Part shown: positions 1 to 11,110 of the stretch, piece after piece
Numbering within the stretch: the stretch's first letter is position 1
How the letters are laid out: each line of letters begins with the position of its first letter
Assembly (NCBI RefSeq): GCF_001272835.1
Contig: NZ_CP010546.1
Span: forward strand, 572,809-604,808
Reading direction: 5' to 3'
Source of the DNA: Mycoplasmoides pneumoniae FH
GTDB lineage: Bacteria; Bacillota_I; Bacilli_A; Mycoplasmatales; Mycoplasmoidaceae
Length of the DNA stretch: 32,000 bases
Notes under the pieces: model-generated
The model's database searches: none
What the model was told of the DNA's origin: nothing
The model's input: only the letters and a program-made list of their open reading frames with translations
Made by a program: the position numbers and the translations under genes

Positions 1-1452
1 TAGCTGGATTTGTAAAGCAGCGTTGTGCTTCAAGGCCTTATCTAACTGTTCTTGGAGCAGGGTCATTTCAAAACTCACGGTAGGTTGTACTGGCACTACA
101 TCTTGAACAGGCAGTAGCTTGTATTCTTCCACACCCATGTAAGTTACAGGAGGTGTTTCTAGTTGAGCTTGGCGTAGTTCAATTTGGGCTTGCAATTGTT
201 GTAACTGCACTTGTTTGGTGGCAATTTCCTTGTCTAAAACGGCACTTTGATGAGCGCTGTCTTCAGCGGGTTTTATAACCACTGTTTGGCTCAAAGCATT
301 AGTTAAATTAGCCTTGTCCACCGTTGTAATCGAGAAGCTATGTTCAGCTGCAGGTGATGTCACAACAACAGGTGTAACTGGTGCAGACTCGTTGACTAAT
401 GTATGGGTGAGTGGTACTGTTACTAATTCATCGACTAACTGGGTTTGGTCAAGTGCAAAGTTAGTTGGTGCTGCTTTTGGTTGTAACGGTGCTGGAGTTA
501 CAGTGTGAGTTAAAACTGGCACTTCCACTAGTTCGTCAAGCAGTTGTGTTTGGTCTAACGGAACAGTTGTGGTAGTTGGTGCAACTGTGTCAAATACATG
601 AGGTACCTTCATTTCCGGGTACACCAAAATGGCATTACTGTCAATCGGACTGCTAAAGGTCAAGCTAACAGTAGGATCAAGTGCTGCTTGGGGTAAAGCA
701 GTTTGGGCTTGAACATCCTGTTCCACCATTTCGACATAGTCATCCAACAACATAGTTTCACTAACAGCTTTTGTGGCTGCTGGTTCTGTTGCCACACTAA
801 ACTGATGGGTATGGTTTGATGAAACTTGTTCTGATGCGTTTTTGATTTGTTGGGTTAGTTCAATGTATTCGTTGACAAGCACACTTTCATCGACTTGTTG
901 GGTTGAAGGAGTATTAAAGACCTCTTCAAACAGTACTTCCTTAGTGGCAAAGGATATAGGTATTGGTGTTGTTTCTAACTCTTTGGTGTGCACGTATTCA
1001 TCGACTAGTTGAGTTTCATCTAACTGGGGCTTGGTCGTTTGTTCGGTAATACTAGAGGGGGTAATTTCACAAAAACCAGCCTTAATTTCCTTTGTTAGTA
1101 CTTCCTGGCCTTCTTGTTCTAAAAACTCCATTGTTAGATCAACGGTTTGCGGTTTATGAACTTGGAGTTGGTTAGCGAAGTGGTTTAACACATCAACATG
1201 GGGTTGGCTTTTGACCACACCCATATCTACCATAAAGTGAAAAAAATTGCGAATTGATTGTTCTTTCTCTAACTGATCTAATTCGCCAAAGAAACTACGT
1301 TCTACAATGTTACGTTCTAGGGGAACTGTTATTGTTTCCCTTGTTGGTTCTAGGGTAATGTTACGGGTTTTGGGCATGAGTTGCTTGAGCAAACTTTGTT
1401 CGTTTAAGTTTTCGTCAAAATCGTGGATACCTAGCTCTTTTTCTGCTGTCAT
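1..1452 (-). CDS. Large Glx/acidic protein with coiled-coil segments, N-terminal part (gene continues beyond window start); MG328/MPN474-like
   Basis: Open on the minus strand from ATG 1452 (alternative in-frame ATG ~1470) with TGA=Trp; translation starts MTAEKELGIHDFDENLNEQSLLKQLMPKTRNITLEP; later Gln/Leu-rich coiled-coil-like KEIATKQVQLQQLQAQIELRQAQLE. Position upstream of der fits M. pneumoniae gene order. Confidence 0.8.
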   Translation of the reverse strand, partial: MTAEKELGIHDFDENLNEQSLLKQLMPKTRNITLEPTRETITVPLERNIVERSFFGELDQLEKEQSIRNFFHFMVDMGVVKSQPHVDVLNHFANQLQVHKPQTVDLTMEFLEQEGQEVLTKEIKAGFCEITPSSITEQTTKPQLDETQLVDEYVHTKELETTPIPISFATKEVLFEEVFNTPSTQQVDESVLVNEYIELTQQIKNASEQVSSNHTHQFSVATEPAATKAVSETMLLDDYVEMVEQDVQAQTALPQAALDPTVSLTFSSPIDSNAILVYPEMKVPHVFDTVAPTTTTVPLDQTQLLDELVEVPVLTHTVTPAPLQPKAAPTNFALDQTQLVDELVTVPLTHTLVNESAPVTPVVVTSPAAEHSFSITTVDKANLTNALSQTVVIKPAEDSAHQSAVLDKEIATKQVQLQQLQAQIELRQAQLETPPVTYMGVEEYKLLPVQDVVPVQPTVSFEMTLLQEQLDKALKHNAALQIQL

Positions 1453-1488
1453 GAATGGCACAGACCTCATCTAGTTAAGTATATTATC

Positions 1489-2838
1489 TTAGGTTTTTGC
1501 GACACCTCTTATCCGTGCATTTTTGGACTTGAAATAAAGAGTAATAGGTACAGCACTAAAACCAAAGCTTTCCCTAATCTTGTTCTCTAAAAAGCGCGCA
1601 TAGGAAAAGTGGACAAACTTAGGGTCATTACAGAACAGTACAAAGTGCGGTGTTTGACTGTGAGTTTGCACCGCATAAGTTACCTGTAACCTCCCACCCT
1701 TAAACAGGGGTGCTTGGTTAAACAGTTGTGCTTGTTGGATGACATCGTTTAACAGGGAAGTTGAAATCTTTTTGGTGAGCTGTTCCTGGATAATTTGGAG
1801 CTGTTCAAAGATGGTATGTAAGCGCTTGTTGTTTTTGACACTAATAAAAACAATGGGAGCAAAGCTGAGGTGTTGAAACTGACTTTGTAACTGCTTTTTA
1901 AACTTAGCCATCGTGTTGCTGTCCTTCTGTACTAAGTCTCATTTGTTGACCAGAATAATCACCGGAATTAAAGCGGCTTGGGCTAATCCACCGATAATCT
2001 CGTCCTGTTCACTCAACGGTTTGGAACCATCAACCATTAACAGAATAATGTTGCTCCTAGCGATTGCTAACTGGGTTTTCCCATACGAGGCCGCTTCAAT
2101 TCCGGGGGCTATTTTCCCCTTACGGCGAATCCCAGCCGTATCAATTAAAAGGTAGTTTTGCCCATTAACCCTTAAGGGAATATCAATTGCATCACGGGTA
2201 GTACCACTCTCATCGGACACTAACACCCGGTTTTGCTGCACCAGTTGGTTAATTAAAGAACTCTTGCCAACATTGGGTTTACCAATTACACAAAAGCGCA
2301 CTTCGGGATTGGTTTCACTACTACCATGGTAAGGGGGGAGTTGGTTGTCCTTAACTAGTCGATCCATTAGGTTACCAATGCCAATGCCATGGCTAGCACT
2401 CACACAAACGGGTTGGCCAAACCCAAAGCTGTAGAACTGTTGTAGGTTGGGTTCATAAGCATCTGGTTTGAGGTTTTCTGATTTATTGACGACCAACAAA
2501 ATCGGTTTGTCCTTAATCTTTTTCAATACCTTAGCTACATAAAAGTCATCACTGCTAATCTGTTCTTGGTAAGACACCAAGAAGATAATCGCATTAGCTT
2601 GACTTAAGGCTGCTCGAACTTGGACTTCAATTTGTTGTTGGAGCGGGGTCTTTTGGGAAATTAATCCCCCAGTATCAATAAAGGCAATTTGCCGCGTTAA
2701 CCATTCACCAACACCATAAATGCGGTCCCTTGTGGTATTGGGCGTATCGGAAATAATCGCGTAGGGTTTTTGGATTAAGCGATTGAACAAACTCGATTTG
2801 CCAACGTTAGGTCGGCCGATAATGGCAACAGTAAACAC
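1489..2838 (-). CDS. der: GTPase Der (EngA), 449 aa
   Basis: Two ORFs (1939..2838 and 1489..1911) join through TGA(Trp): ...[19 protein letters not shown]. Two G domains: [12 protein letters not shown]...DTGG and [12 protein letters not shown]...DTAG, NKSE/NKWD. Confidence 0.97.
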
Positions 2839-2839
2839 C

Positions 2840-3493
2840 TTAAAGTTTAAAAACTGTACGCGCTTGTTGCACCATTAACTCGACTACTTGCTGAAAAGTA
2901 AGGTTAGAACTGTCGATGTAAATCGCATCGGGGGCTTGCACTAAGGGATCAGCAGTTCTGGAAGTATCCACCGCATCACGGTGCTTAATTTCCGCTACTA
3001 GTTCCTGAAAGGCCTTGTCACTGTCATATGCTATGCCAAGATCTTGGGCGCGTCGTTGCGCTCTTATTTCCGGTTTAGCATCCAAGAAGTACTTTAACTG
3101 CGCGTCCTTCAATACAACGGTACCAATGTCGCGTCCATCCATCACAATGTTGGTGTTTTTAGCTAACGCTTGTTGGCGCAATACCGCCATCTTACGCACT
3201 TCGGGATTGGTTGCTAAATTGCTCGCTAGTTGGGCAATTTCCTGGTTTAGGATAACCTCTGAGATATCAGCGTTGTTATAAAACACCTTTTCGTGTTCAA
3301 AGCGCCAGTTAATTTGGTTAATCACCTTTAACAAAAGGTTGACATCCAAGCGGTTGACCTGCATCACGTAAGCGAAGGCCCGGTACATTTTGCCAGTGGA
3401 AAAGTACTCAAAACCGAGCTGTCGGGCCACTGTTTTAGCAACACTAGATTTACCAGAACTACTAGGACCGTCAATGGCAATTTGAAAATACAT
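2840..3493 (-). CDS. cmk: Cytidylate kinase, 217 aa
   Basis: [17 protein letters not shown]-loop, [17 protein letters not shown], full-length ORF. Confidence 0.97.
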   Translation of the reverse strand: MYFQIAIDGPSSSGKSSVAKTVARQLGFEYFSTGKMYRAFAYVMQVNRLDVNLLLKVINQINWRFEHEKVFYNNADISEVILNQEIAQLASNLATNPEVRKMAVLRQQALAKNTNIVMDGRDIGTVVLKDAQLKYFLDAKPEIRAQRRAQDLGIAYDSDKAFQELVAEIKHRDAVDTSRTADPLVQAPDAIYIDSSNLTFQQVVELMVQQARTVFKL

Positions 3494-3519
3494 AAATTTA
3501 ACTTAATGGGTGTAAGCAA

Positions 3520-4149
3520 TTAAAGGGAAGTGAATAAGAGGGTTAGTAAAACAACCAAACCCACTAAACTACTAATAAAGAATACTAATAAACTGAGCAA
3601 AATCCGCTTAAATAACGGGTTGTAACTGCTCGCTAAGGGCTGGCTTAAATCAGTGGTGGTAAAGCTCACTTTTTCGTTAGTGAGTGCCATTAGTGCCTTA
3701 TTATAGTTCCCCAATTGCACTACGAAAGTTTGCGTTTGCTGAATAAACTGTTGTTCGTTGTCCTCAAAAAAGCGCTTTAGGTTATCTATTTTATCCATCC
3801 CCCGGTCATCAGTAATCCAACTTTCATAACCAGTCGCGCTATCGTGGTGTTTAATTTGTAACCACAAGGCATCAGCTTGGGTGGCGATGGCTTGAAAATC
3901 CGATGTTTGGAAGTTGTTAATGAGAGTTTGCAGTGATTGTAAGACCTGATTGGGTTCACTTTTGCGTTTCACCGGATTAGCACTCAATTCACTAAAAGGC
4001 TGGTAGTGCGACAGAATTTTCGGGCTCAATTCGTCTAGTTCTACTTTTCAACTAGCGACCTGTTTTTGCGCTTTCAGTAACGCTTTTTGAACAGTCGTAT
4101 TATTGTCATCGTTCTGGCGGTAAAAGCGAAACTTCTCTAAGCGTCCCAT
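3520..4149 (-). CDS. Uncharacterised protein with C-terminal transmembrane segment (MG331/MPN477-like), 209 aa
   Basis: ORF 3520..4029 extends through TGA(Trp) to ATG 4149: [44 protein letters not shown]...; C-terminal [23 protein letters not shown] helix. Confidence 0.85.
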
Positions 4150-4151
4150 TG

Positions 4152-4859
4152 CTACAGTGCATTATGCACTACTGTTTGGATGTCATCATCCTCTTCACAC
4201 GCATTTAAAAAGCGGTTTAAGAGGGTGTGTTGTTCGGCGTTAAGTTCCACCGTTAACAGCGGAATTAAGCGCAACTCACTCGCTTCAATCGTAAAACTGT
4301 TTTTAACGAGTAAATCCTTCAACGCAAAGTAACTCGGTGAATCGACCACTACTTCAAAGCTGTCATCATCTTCATTGAGATCTAACAAATTAATGTTGTT
4401 ACTAATTAACAGTTCAATTAACTCGTCTTGGGTAAAGTTATTGTGTTTAACTAGCGCAATGCCCTTTTCCTCAAAGTTAATTTTAACACTGTTGGGCTTG
4501 GCTAGCTGTGCCTTTAATTTAGCAATGTAACCGTTTAAACTACTCAACAACCGGTTCGGATTATCGGTTAGACCAAAGACAATGATGCCAACACCATTGG
4601 GACCAAAGATCTCATAGCAAAACTCGCTTAGTTTTGTGGGATCCTTTTCACTGCCATGGATGTTGCGTTTAATTGAATCCGCACTTAAACCATGAGCTAA
4701 CGCTAGTTCGACTGCCACCTTTAGCTGGGGGTTGGCATCAATGTTACTGCCACCTTTTTTGACAGCAGCAGCGATCCGCTTCGCTAACTTTTGTAGTTGC
4801 TTCGCGTTGGATTGTTGTTTTTTGTTTGTTTGACTGGCAATTAAATGCTTCCGCGGCAT
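4152..4859 (-). CDS. YebC/PmpR-family probable transcriptional regulatory protein, 235 aa
   Basis: [42 protein letters not shown]...A......D.I.R.I.G; [18 protein letters not shown]. Confidence 0.92.
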
Positions 4860-4862
4860 GAA

Positions 4863-5456
4863 TTAAAACTCATTAGCAATTGCGTCCACTTGTTTAGCGA
4901 ACATGTCCACTACTTCACTCTTACTTTTGTCCTTGTAAAGTAGCTTGGTACCATCAATGATTACACTAGCAAAACTAGCGACTCCAGCAAAACCAAACAG
5001 ACCGCGTAGACTGTTGACATGATCGCCCCATGGGTATCAACCTAACGGTGCGCCTTGGGAACCCAAAACGACTACCTTGAGGTTACCCAACATTCCTGAT
5101 GATGCGCCCTTAGTGACATACTTATCCTTAAAGGTTTTGTTTGCCACAAAGACATGGTCAATAAAGTTCTTTAACGTTGCGGGGTAGTTAAAGTTGGTCA
5201 TTGGCGCCAAGATAATAACACCGTGCGCTGCTTTGAGCGCATCAATGTACTTATCGGAGTTTTCTACAGAAAAGAAAGTTCCAGCGTTTTGGGTGTTATA
5301 GGAAATTTGTCCCACTGGTAGTTCGTTGAGGTTCCAAGTGGAGAGCTCTACGTCCTTGTTTTTAGCTTGAAAGGTAGCTAAAAAGCGTTCTAACAATAAA
5401 TGGGTGTAAGAACCACTAGGTGATACAGAAGCATCAATAATAATTACCTTCTTCAT
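4863..5456 (-). CDS. acpD: FMN-dependent NADH-azoreductase / AcpD-like flavodoxin-fold protein, 197 aa
   Basis: ORF 5037..5456 continues through TGA(Trp): ...GSQGAPLG-W-YPWGDHVNSLRGLFGFAGVASFASVIIDGTKLLYK to TAA at 4863..4865; APMTNFNYPATLKNFIDHVFVANKTF signature. Confidence 0.93.
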
Positions 5457-5483
5457 ACTGAACTAATTGTTATTGTTTAAATT

Positions 5484-8000
5484 CTACTCAGCTTTAGTTA
5501 ATTTAGCGATTAAATGATTGACTTCCGCTAATTTTTTTTGATATTCCTCTAACTTTAAAAGCTCCGCCTTAACTTTGTGCGGTGGTGCTTTTTTTAGAAA
5601 GGCAGGGTTAGTGTTAATCGCTTGACTACGTTGGACTTCCGCTAAATAAAAGCTCCGTTGTTTTTCTAAGTGGGCTAAGTTGTTGGCTGCATTGTCAACG
5701 ATTTTGATTTGGAAGCCTGGAGTTTTGTTAACTTCTATCCTAAGATCGACCCAGTTAAAGTGGAAGTAGTTTTGCACTACAGGAGCAGCTTTACCACTTA
5801 AAACAACGGTTAAATTCTGGTTAGCTACTAGTTGGTTGTTGGCCTTGTAGTGGCGCAAGCTGGACACGGCTTCAACAACATCAGCAAACAGTTTCGGTGG
5901 TTTAACTGCTTTGGCAGTTGGCCAACTTGCTTGCATGACACTGCCACTGTGAAACTGTTGGTAGATCCGTTCCGCCAAGAAGGGAGTAACGGTACTTAGC
6001 ATAACGACCGCCGTACTTAAAACAGTTTTAGCAGTTGTGTACAGCTGGGGTAAAAGTGCCGTGTCCTCTTGCTTAATCGTTTCAATGAAGGTATTGCAAA
6101 AATCATTTCAAATAAAGTTGACTAACGCTTGGTTGGCCAAAGCTAACTGGTACTTGTCTAATAACTTGGTGGTTTGGACAATGAGTTGTTTCAATTTAGC
6201 CCAGATCCAGCGCTCACTCAATGTAGAGGGTAAGTGAGTACTTGGTACAGTTTTGGCTTGTTCTCCTAACTGCAACACGTACTTGGTCACATTCCACAAC
6301 TTGTTCAAGAAGTTAGCGGCACTCTTTAACTTCTGTTCGTTGAAGATTAAATCATCACCCGGAGTGTGATTGGAAGTTAAGAATAAGCGCGTGGCATCGG
6401 CCCCATAATCACGGATTAAGTCCATTGGGTTAATCCCGTTGTTTAGGGACTTGGACATTTTGCGGTTTTGGGCATCGCGGACTAGACCGTGAATTAACAC
6501 TTGTTTAAAAGGTAACTGCTTGGTTTGAAAGTACGAGTTAAAGGTCATCCGTAAGACCCAAAAGAAGAGGATGTCATACCCGGTTACCAAAAGATCAGTT
6601 GGCACAAAGTGCTTGTTTTTGTGTCAGTCTAAACAAATTAACGGTCACAGTGATGAGGAAAATCAGGTATCGAGTACATCGGTGGACTGGGTGTAGTTTT
6701 GCTTATCAGTTGGTGCAGTACTGCCCACATGCAACGCACCACTTTGTTTATGTGTTCACACCGGAATAGGGTGACCCCAAATTAATTGGCGCGATATGCA
6801 CCACGGTTTGAGCTGACTCAACCACCTTGTTACCTGTTTGTTAAAACGCTTGGGAATTAACTCGGGGTATTTCTTAATGGCGAGTGCTTTTTTGAGTTTC
6901 GGTAAATCGACAAACCACTGCTTGGATAATAACGGTTCTACGACCGTGTCACTGCGCTCGGAAAAACCAACGTTACTGGTTAGTGGCATAGTTTTCACTA
7001 GTAGTTTTTGCGTTTGTAAAAACTCGACTACCTGCTGACGTGCTGCACTTACGGTTAAACCAGTAAATTGCTTAGCGTGCTCATTTAACAAACCATTGTG
7101 GTCAATGCAACTTACAAACGGTAAACGGTACTTTTCGTTTAAGGCAAAGTCGTTAAAGTCATGGGCGGGGGTGCACTTCAACACACCGGTGCCAAACTTC
7201 TTGTCGACATAACTATCGGTGAACACTGGCATTAACGCACCAGTGAGCGGATTAACTACCTTTTGTTTGACAAAGCTGTGGTAGTGCTTGTCTTTGGGAT
7301 GGACAAACAAACACACATCAACAAAGATCGTTTCTGGTCTAGTAGTTGCCACCACTAAACGTTTTTTGGGATTATTAGCTAACTTATAAGCAATGTAATA
7401 CAGCTGTTGGTCAACTGGTTTATTAATGACTTCAATGTTCGAGATGGCAGTGTTTAGCTTGGTGTCCCAGTTAACCAAGGTTTCAGCTTGGTAGATAAAG
7501 CCCTGTTCAAACAACTGGATGAAACTATCGTTGACAATTTGACTCGCTTTTTTGGACAGGGTAAAGTTAACCTGGTTTCAGTTTAAGGATGCCCCTAAAC
7601 TTTTGAGCTGACTTTGAATGGTGTCCCCTTGTGTTAAGGCCCAATCCATAATCATTTTGACCTTTTGTTTACGCGGCGCTTGGAAGTACTCGGGATTAGT
7701 TTCCCGTGCTAACTTTTCGTATTTGGTTTGCGTAGCAATCCCCGCATGGTCAAATCCGGGAATCCAGTTCACGCCATAACCCCGCAGTCGCTTAAAGCGC
7801 ATAATTTGGTCAGTGATACTCACTTCAAAGGCATGACCAATGTGCAGCGTACCCGTTAAGTTTGGTGGGGGGAGAATGGCAGTGAAGGGTACCTTGTTTT
7901 TTTGTGGTTTAAAAAAACTAGCACTGCTTCAACTATCATAAAGACCAGTGCTCACTGTTTTGAAGTCGTATTGACCTTGAAAACTAAATTGCTTGTCCAT
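5484..8000 (-). CDS. valS: Valyl-tRNA synthetase, 838 aa
   Basis: Four track ORFs plus the start region share one frame (8000-7823, -7514, -6605, -6002 all divisible by 3) with TGA=Trp; class I motifs PPPNLTGTLHMGHA and NRKMSKSLNNGINP; W-specific VWGHPIPVW. Confidence 0.97.
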
Positions 8001-8565
8001 CTGCTTTAAATAACTCAAAGATTTGTTTGTGCATTACTTGGAGGTTATACCCGGTTTTGGCACTAACAAATAAACACTTATTAGGATTGACTTTTAAAAA
8101 GTGTGCCAGTTTATTCTGGGTATGAAAGCGCTCGCTTTGGTTGAGCTTATCAAACTTATTGGCTATCACCAAAAAATTTAACCCCGTTTGGAGAATGGTT
8201 TTGACCACTTCCTGGTCCTGAACGGTCACTACACCGCTGTCAATCACTAGTACCACACCAGTTAAGTTTTGGCGAAAATTGAGGAACTGCGTTAATAAAT
8301 TAGTAATTGCTTCCTTTTGCACTTTACTCAGTTTAGCAAAGCCATAACCTGGTAAATCGACAAAGCGTTTACGGTTGTATTCAAAGAAGTTTAACAGTTG
8401 TGTACGTCCCGGCGTCGCGGAAGTTTTAGCTAGCTTTTTTTGAAAAAAGGCATTAATGAGGCTTGATTTGCCGACATTACTCCGCCCCATAAAACAGACT
8501 TCCTTAACACTGTCTTGGGGACAACTCTCTAAGTCACTTGCACTTTTTAAAAAACGTGCCTCCAT
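7984..8565 (-). CDS. engB: Ribosome biogenesis GTP-binding protein YsxC/EngB, 193 aa
   Basis: [41 protein letters not shown]; overlaps valS start by 17 nt. Confidence 0.95.
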   Translation of the reverse strand: MEARFLKSASDLESCPQDSVKEVCFMGRSNVGKSSLINAFFQKKLAKTSATPGRTQLLNFFEYNRKRFVDLPGYGFAKLSKVQKEAITNLLTQFLNFRQNLTGVVLVIDSGVVTVQDQEVVKTILQTGLNFLVIANKFDKLNQSERFHTQNKLAHFLKVNPNKCLFVSAKTGYNLQVMHKQIFELFKADGQAI

Positions 8566-8572
8566 TTATTAA

Positions 8573-8794
8573 TTACTTCTGGTTTTTAATGGAGCGCATA
8601 ATTTCCTTGACTTGTGTTTCAGAAAGCTTACGACCCATTTTGGCATACATCGCCTTAATTTGGTTTTCGGTGATTGGTGGGTTATCACGAATCTGTTTTT
8701 TAAAGATTTTGATAGAAATAAAATAGCCAATAATGACACCGACTAACAGGGAAAGGGGAATTCCCAAACCTAAGGCAAGCGCAAGATCATTCAT
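8573..8794 (-). CDS. UPF0154-family single-TM protein, 73 aa
   Basis: MNDLALALGLGIPLSLLVGVIIGYFISIKIFKKQIRDNPPITENQIKAMYAKMGRKLSETQVKEIMRSIKNQ - typical small conserved Firmicutes/Mollicutes protein. Confidence 0.9.
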   Translation of the reverse strand: MNDLALALGLGIPLSLLVGVIIGYFISIKIFKKQIRDNPPITENQIKAMYAKMGRKLSETQVKEIMRSIKNQK

Positions 8795-8828
8795 ATCTAT
8801 ATCTTAATCTTAATCCTCTCTAGAATCT

Positions 8829-8836
8829 TATAAAAT
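8829..8836 (+). promoter_or_regulatory. Candidate -10 box TATAAAAT for the glycosyltransferase gene
   Basis: TATAAAAT about 17-24 nt upstream of ATG 8853 in a divergent intergenic gap. Confidence 0.4.
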
Positions 8837-8852
8837 CAGAATAGCGTAATTA

Positions 8853-9878
8853 ATGAACAAGCTAATTAGCATTCTGGTTCCTTGTTACCAATCCCAGCCC
8901 TTTCTCGATCGCTTTTTCAAATCACTTTTAAAGCAAGACTGGAACGGTGTTAAAGTAATCTTCTTTAATGATAACAAGCCAGATCCAACATACGAGATCC
9001 TAAAACAATTTCAACAAGCACATCCACAACTAGCGATTGAAGTACATTGTGGTGAGAAAAATGTCGGTGTAGGCGGTTCACGTGATCAACTAATAAATTA
9101 TGTAGACACACCCTACTTTTACTTTGTTGATCCTGATGATGAATTTAGTGATCCCAACTGTTTTAAGGCAATAGTGGAAACAATTCAAGGAGAAAACTTT
9201 GATATTGCAGTGTTAAACAGTATTGTTTACCTCCAAATGTTGAAGAATGACTTTTTAATTAAACACATTCCGCTCAAAAACATCTTTCAGGGCAAGGTAA
9301 AACTCAATCCTGATAACACCGTAAATCATTTGCACTATATCCAGAATAACGACCAGTACATTTGGAACATTGTCATCAACACCGCCTTTTTCAAAGCATT
9401 GGATTTGCAGTTTGTTAACCGCTTTATTGAAGACATTGCGGTGTGGTTTCCGATTATGTTTAAAGCCCAAAAAGTGCTGTGAATTGATGTAAATGGGGTT
9501 AACTATTACTTGCGACCGAACAGTGCTTCCACCCAGAAAAACAGCATTAAATTACTCTCCTTTATTGAGGCTTACGAACGGTTGTATTTCCACTTAAAGA
9601 AGGTGGGTAAGCTAGCTGATTTTATTGACCCTAACAATAAGATTGAAAGTCGTTTTTGACGGCGTCAAGCCTTCATTTGGTTTAGTTTTATTAATGTTTC
9701 ATGGATGAAAGCGGAATTTGAACAGACCAAAAGTGTGTTGCAAAAACTGTTTGACTTCATGGAAGCCAACGGCATCTACGACAGGGTATTTACTAATAAG
9801 CACCACGGTATTTACTTATTGTGAGTTAACCGCTTAAAACACTTTAAGAAGTTAGTGCAAGCACAACCACATCTATAA
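8853..9878 (+). CDS. GT2-family glycosyltransferase, probably membrane glycoglycerolipid synthesis (MPN483-like), 341 aa
   Basis: ORF 8853..9482 reads through TGA(Trp) to TAA 9876; NKLISILVPCYQSQPFLDRFFKSLLKQ and FYFVDPDDEF (DXD-like) motifs; ends VNRLKHFKKLVQAQPHL. Confidence 0.92.
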
Positions 9879-9888
9879 GTTTTGTGTT

Positions 9889-10125
9889 CTAACAAGCTAA
9901 AGCTTCGAGTAGCTTTTTAAAAAGTTGTTCTCTTTCTAGAGTTTGTTTTCCATCTTGGGCTTGTACAACCATTTCCTTTTGATTAGCGTGAATCTTTATG
10001 TAAAGTGTGCGTTTATTATCTTCATTGGCTTCGTTAAAAGCTACAAATGAAATTAGCTCACTTTGATTGAGTGAATTCATTGCGTGATCAATAAAAGGTA
10101 GTTTGATAATTTTTTTATTTTTCAT
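9889..10125 (-). CDS. Small hypothetical protein (78 aa from ATG 10125; track extends to TTG 10185)
   Basis: MKNKKIIKLPFIDHAMNSLNQSELISFVAFNEANEDNKRTLYIKIHANQKEMVVQAQDGKQTLEREQLFKKLLEAL. Confidence 0.6.
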   Translation of the reverse strand: MKNKKIIKLPFIDHAMNSLNQSELISFVAFNEANEDNKRTLYIKIHANQKEMVVQAQDGKQTLEREQLFKKLLEALAC

Positions 10126-10317
10126 AATTAATATTTGTTTTTTGGAGATTGAAAAAATAGCTACCACTTGCAACTCGGTTGCCAACAGGGATCAGACGTT
10201 TTGCTTATCAATTAAAAAAATAAAAGATTTGCATTTTGCTCCTCCACTAAATAAATTGAACTGAGACTTTATATGTGACAACAAAATTACCAAAAATTTT
10301 TTTGAATATTTTTTAGA

Positions 10318-10373
10318 TAAATAAAAATACCAACAACTGACATATAAAAATCAACTGCTGGTACTTTTATTTT
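10318..10373 (-). terminator. Imperfect hairpin after DUF16 gene
   Basis: AAATAAAAATACCAACAACTGA ... TCAACTGCTGGTACTTTTATTT inverted repeat; mismatches become G-U pairs in minus-strand RNA, the direction of the DUF16 gene. Confidence 0.7.
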
Positions 10374-10382
10374 GGGTTGAAT

Positions 10383-10805
10383 CTACTTAGACTCCAAACG
10401 ATCCAAACGTTTGTTAATTACTTGAAGAGTTTCAAGAATTAACTTAAGCGTTTCCCCTTGGGTTTGAATTTGTTCGCCCTGCTTTTCAACAGTTTCAGTG
10501 AGCTTATTTATTTGTTCACCCTGAAGAATTGAAACTTTGATTAGCTGACTAATTTGTTCACCTTGAGAAACCAAAGTGTTCTCAATTTTTATCAGCCGCT
10601 GATTGTTGGAATTTTTGAAATCATTAAACTGCTTTTGGGTAACGTAACCACTTTTTCGTTTTTCCATATGGTTTAAATTGCCATAAAAGCCCATGTCATA
10701 GCTGCCATCAGGTAGATCTTCGATTCAGGCTTTTGATGTTTTAATCTTATCTTTTTTCAAATTTCTTTTAAACAAAGTAATTGAAATTTCACGTTTAATG
10801 ATCAA
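10383..10805 (-). CDS. DUF16-family protein (RepMP1-type), ~140 aa with TTG start
   Basis: ORF 10383..10694 extends upstream through TGA(Trp) (..[20 protein letters not shown]..) to TTG 10805 just after AAAGGAGG; [33 protein letters not shown]...[36 protein letters not shown] matches the DUF16 gene at 30230..30841. Confidence 0.8.
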
Positions 10806-10986
10806 ATCCTCCTTTCTTTACAAGATTTAAAAAACTACAACGTGCAACAATGTTGCCAGAGGATATCAACTGCTTGGTTGATCCAGTAATTTTCTTGAAA
10901 TACTTCATAACGATCATTTCACTAAATAAATTGAGTAGTTGATTTGGAAGTAACAAGTAGAATTTCTGAAATTTTTGAAGAGTCAA
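10795..10986 (-). CDS. Possible small ORF upstream of and overlapping the DUF16 gene (degenerate counterpart of 29928..30230)
   Basis: MTLQKFQKFYLLLPNQLLNLFSEM...[12 protein letters not shown] shares LxNxLxNLFSE and terminal KKGG with the ORF at 29928..30230. Confidence 0.3.
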   Translation of the reverse strand: MTLQKFQKFYLLLPNQLLNLFSEMIVMKYFKKITGSTKQLISSGNIVARCSFLNLVKKGGFDH

Positions 10987-11110
10987 AAAATCTATTCATG
11001 AAATTAATTGAATGAAATTCAGGTAACAAGGCCTTTTCAAACTAAAAAAGCGCTTTTGCCGCCCTACTAATTAATCAATTGCGTAAATCAAATTGAAACG
11101 CCAAATTTAT

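Noticed and set aside
314-508. Plus-strand ORF opposite the first coiled-coil protein
   Set aside because: Antisense to a long coding frame; no recognisable domain.
1913-2155. Plus-strand ORF opposite der
   Set aside because: Shadow ORF over conserved GTPase motifs.
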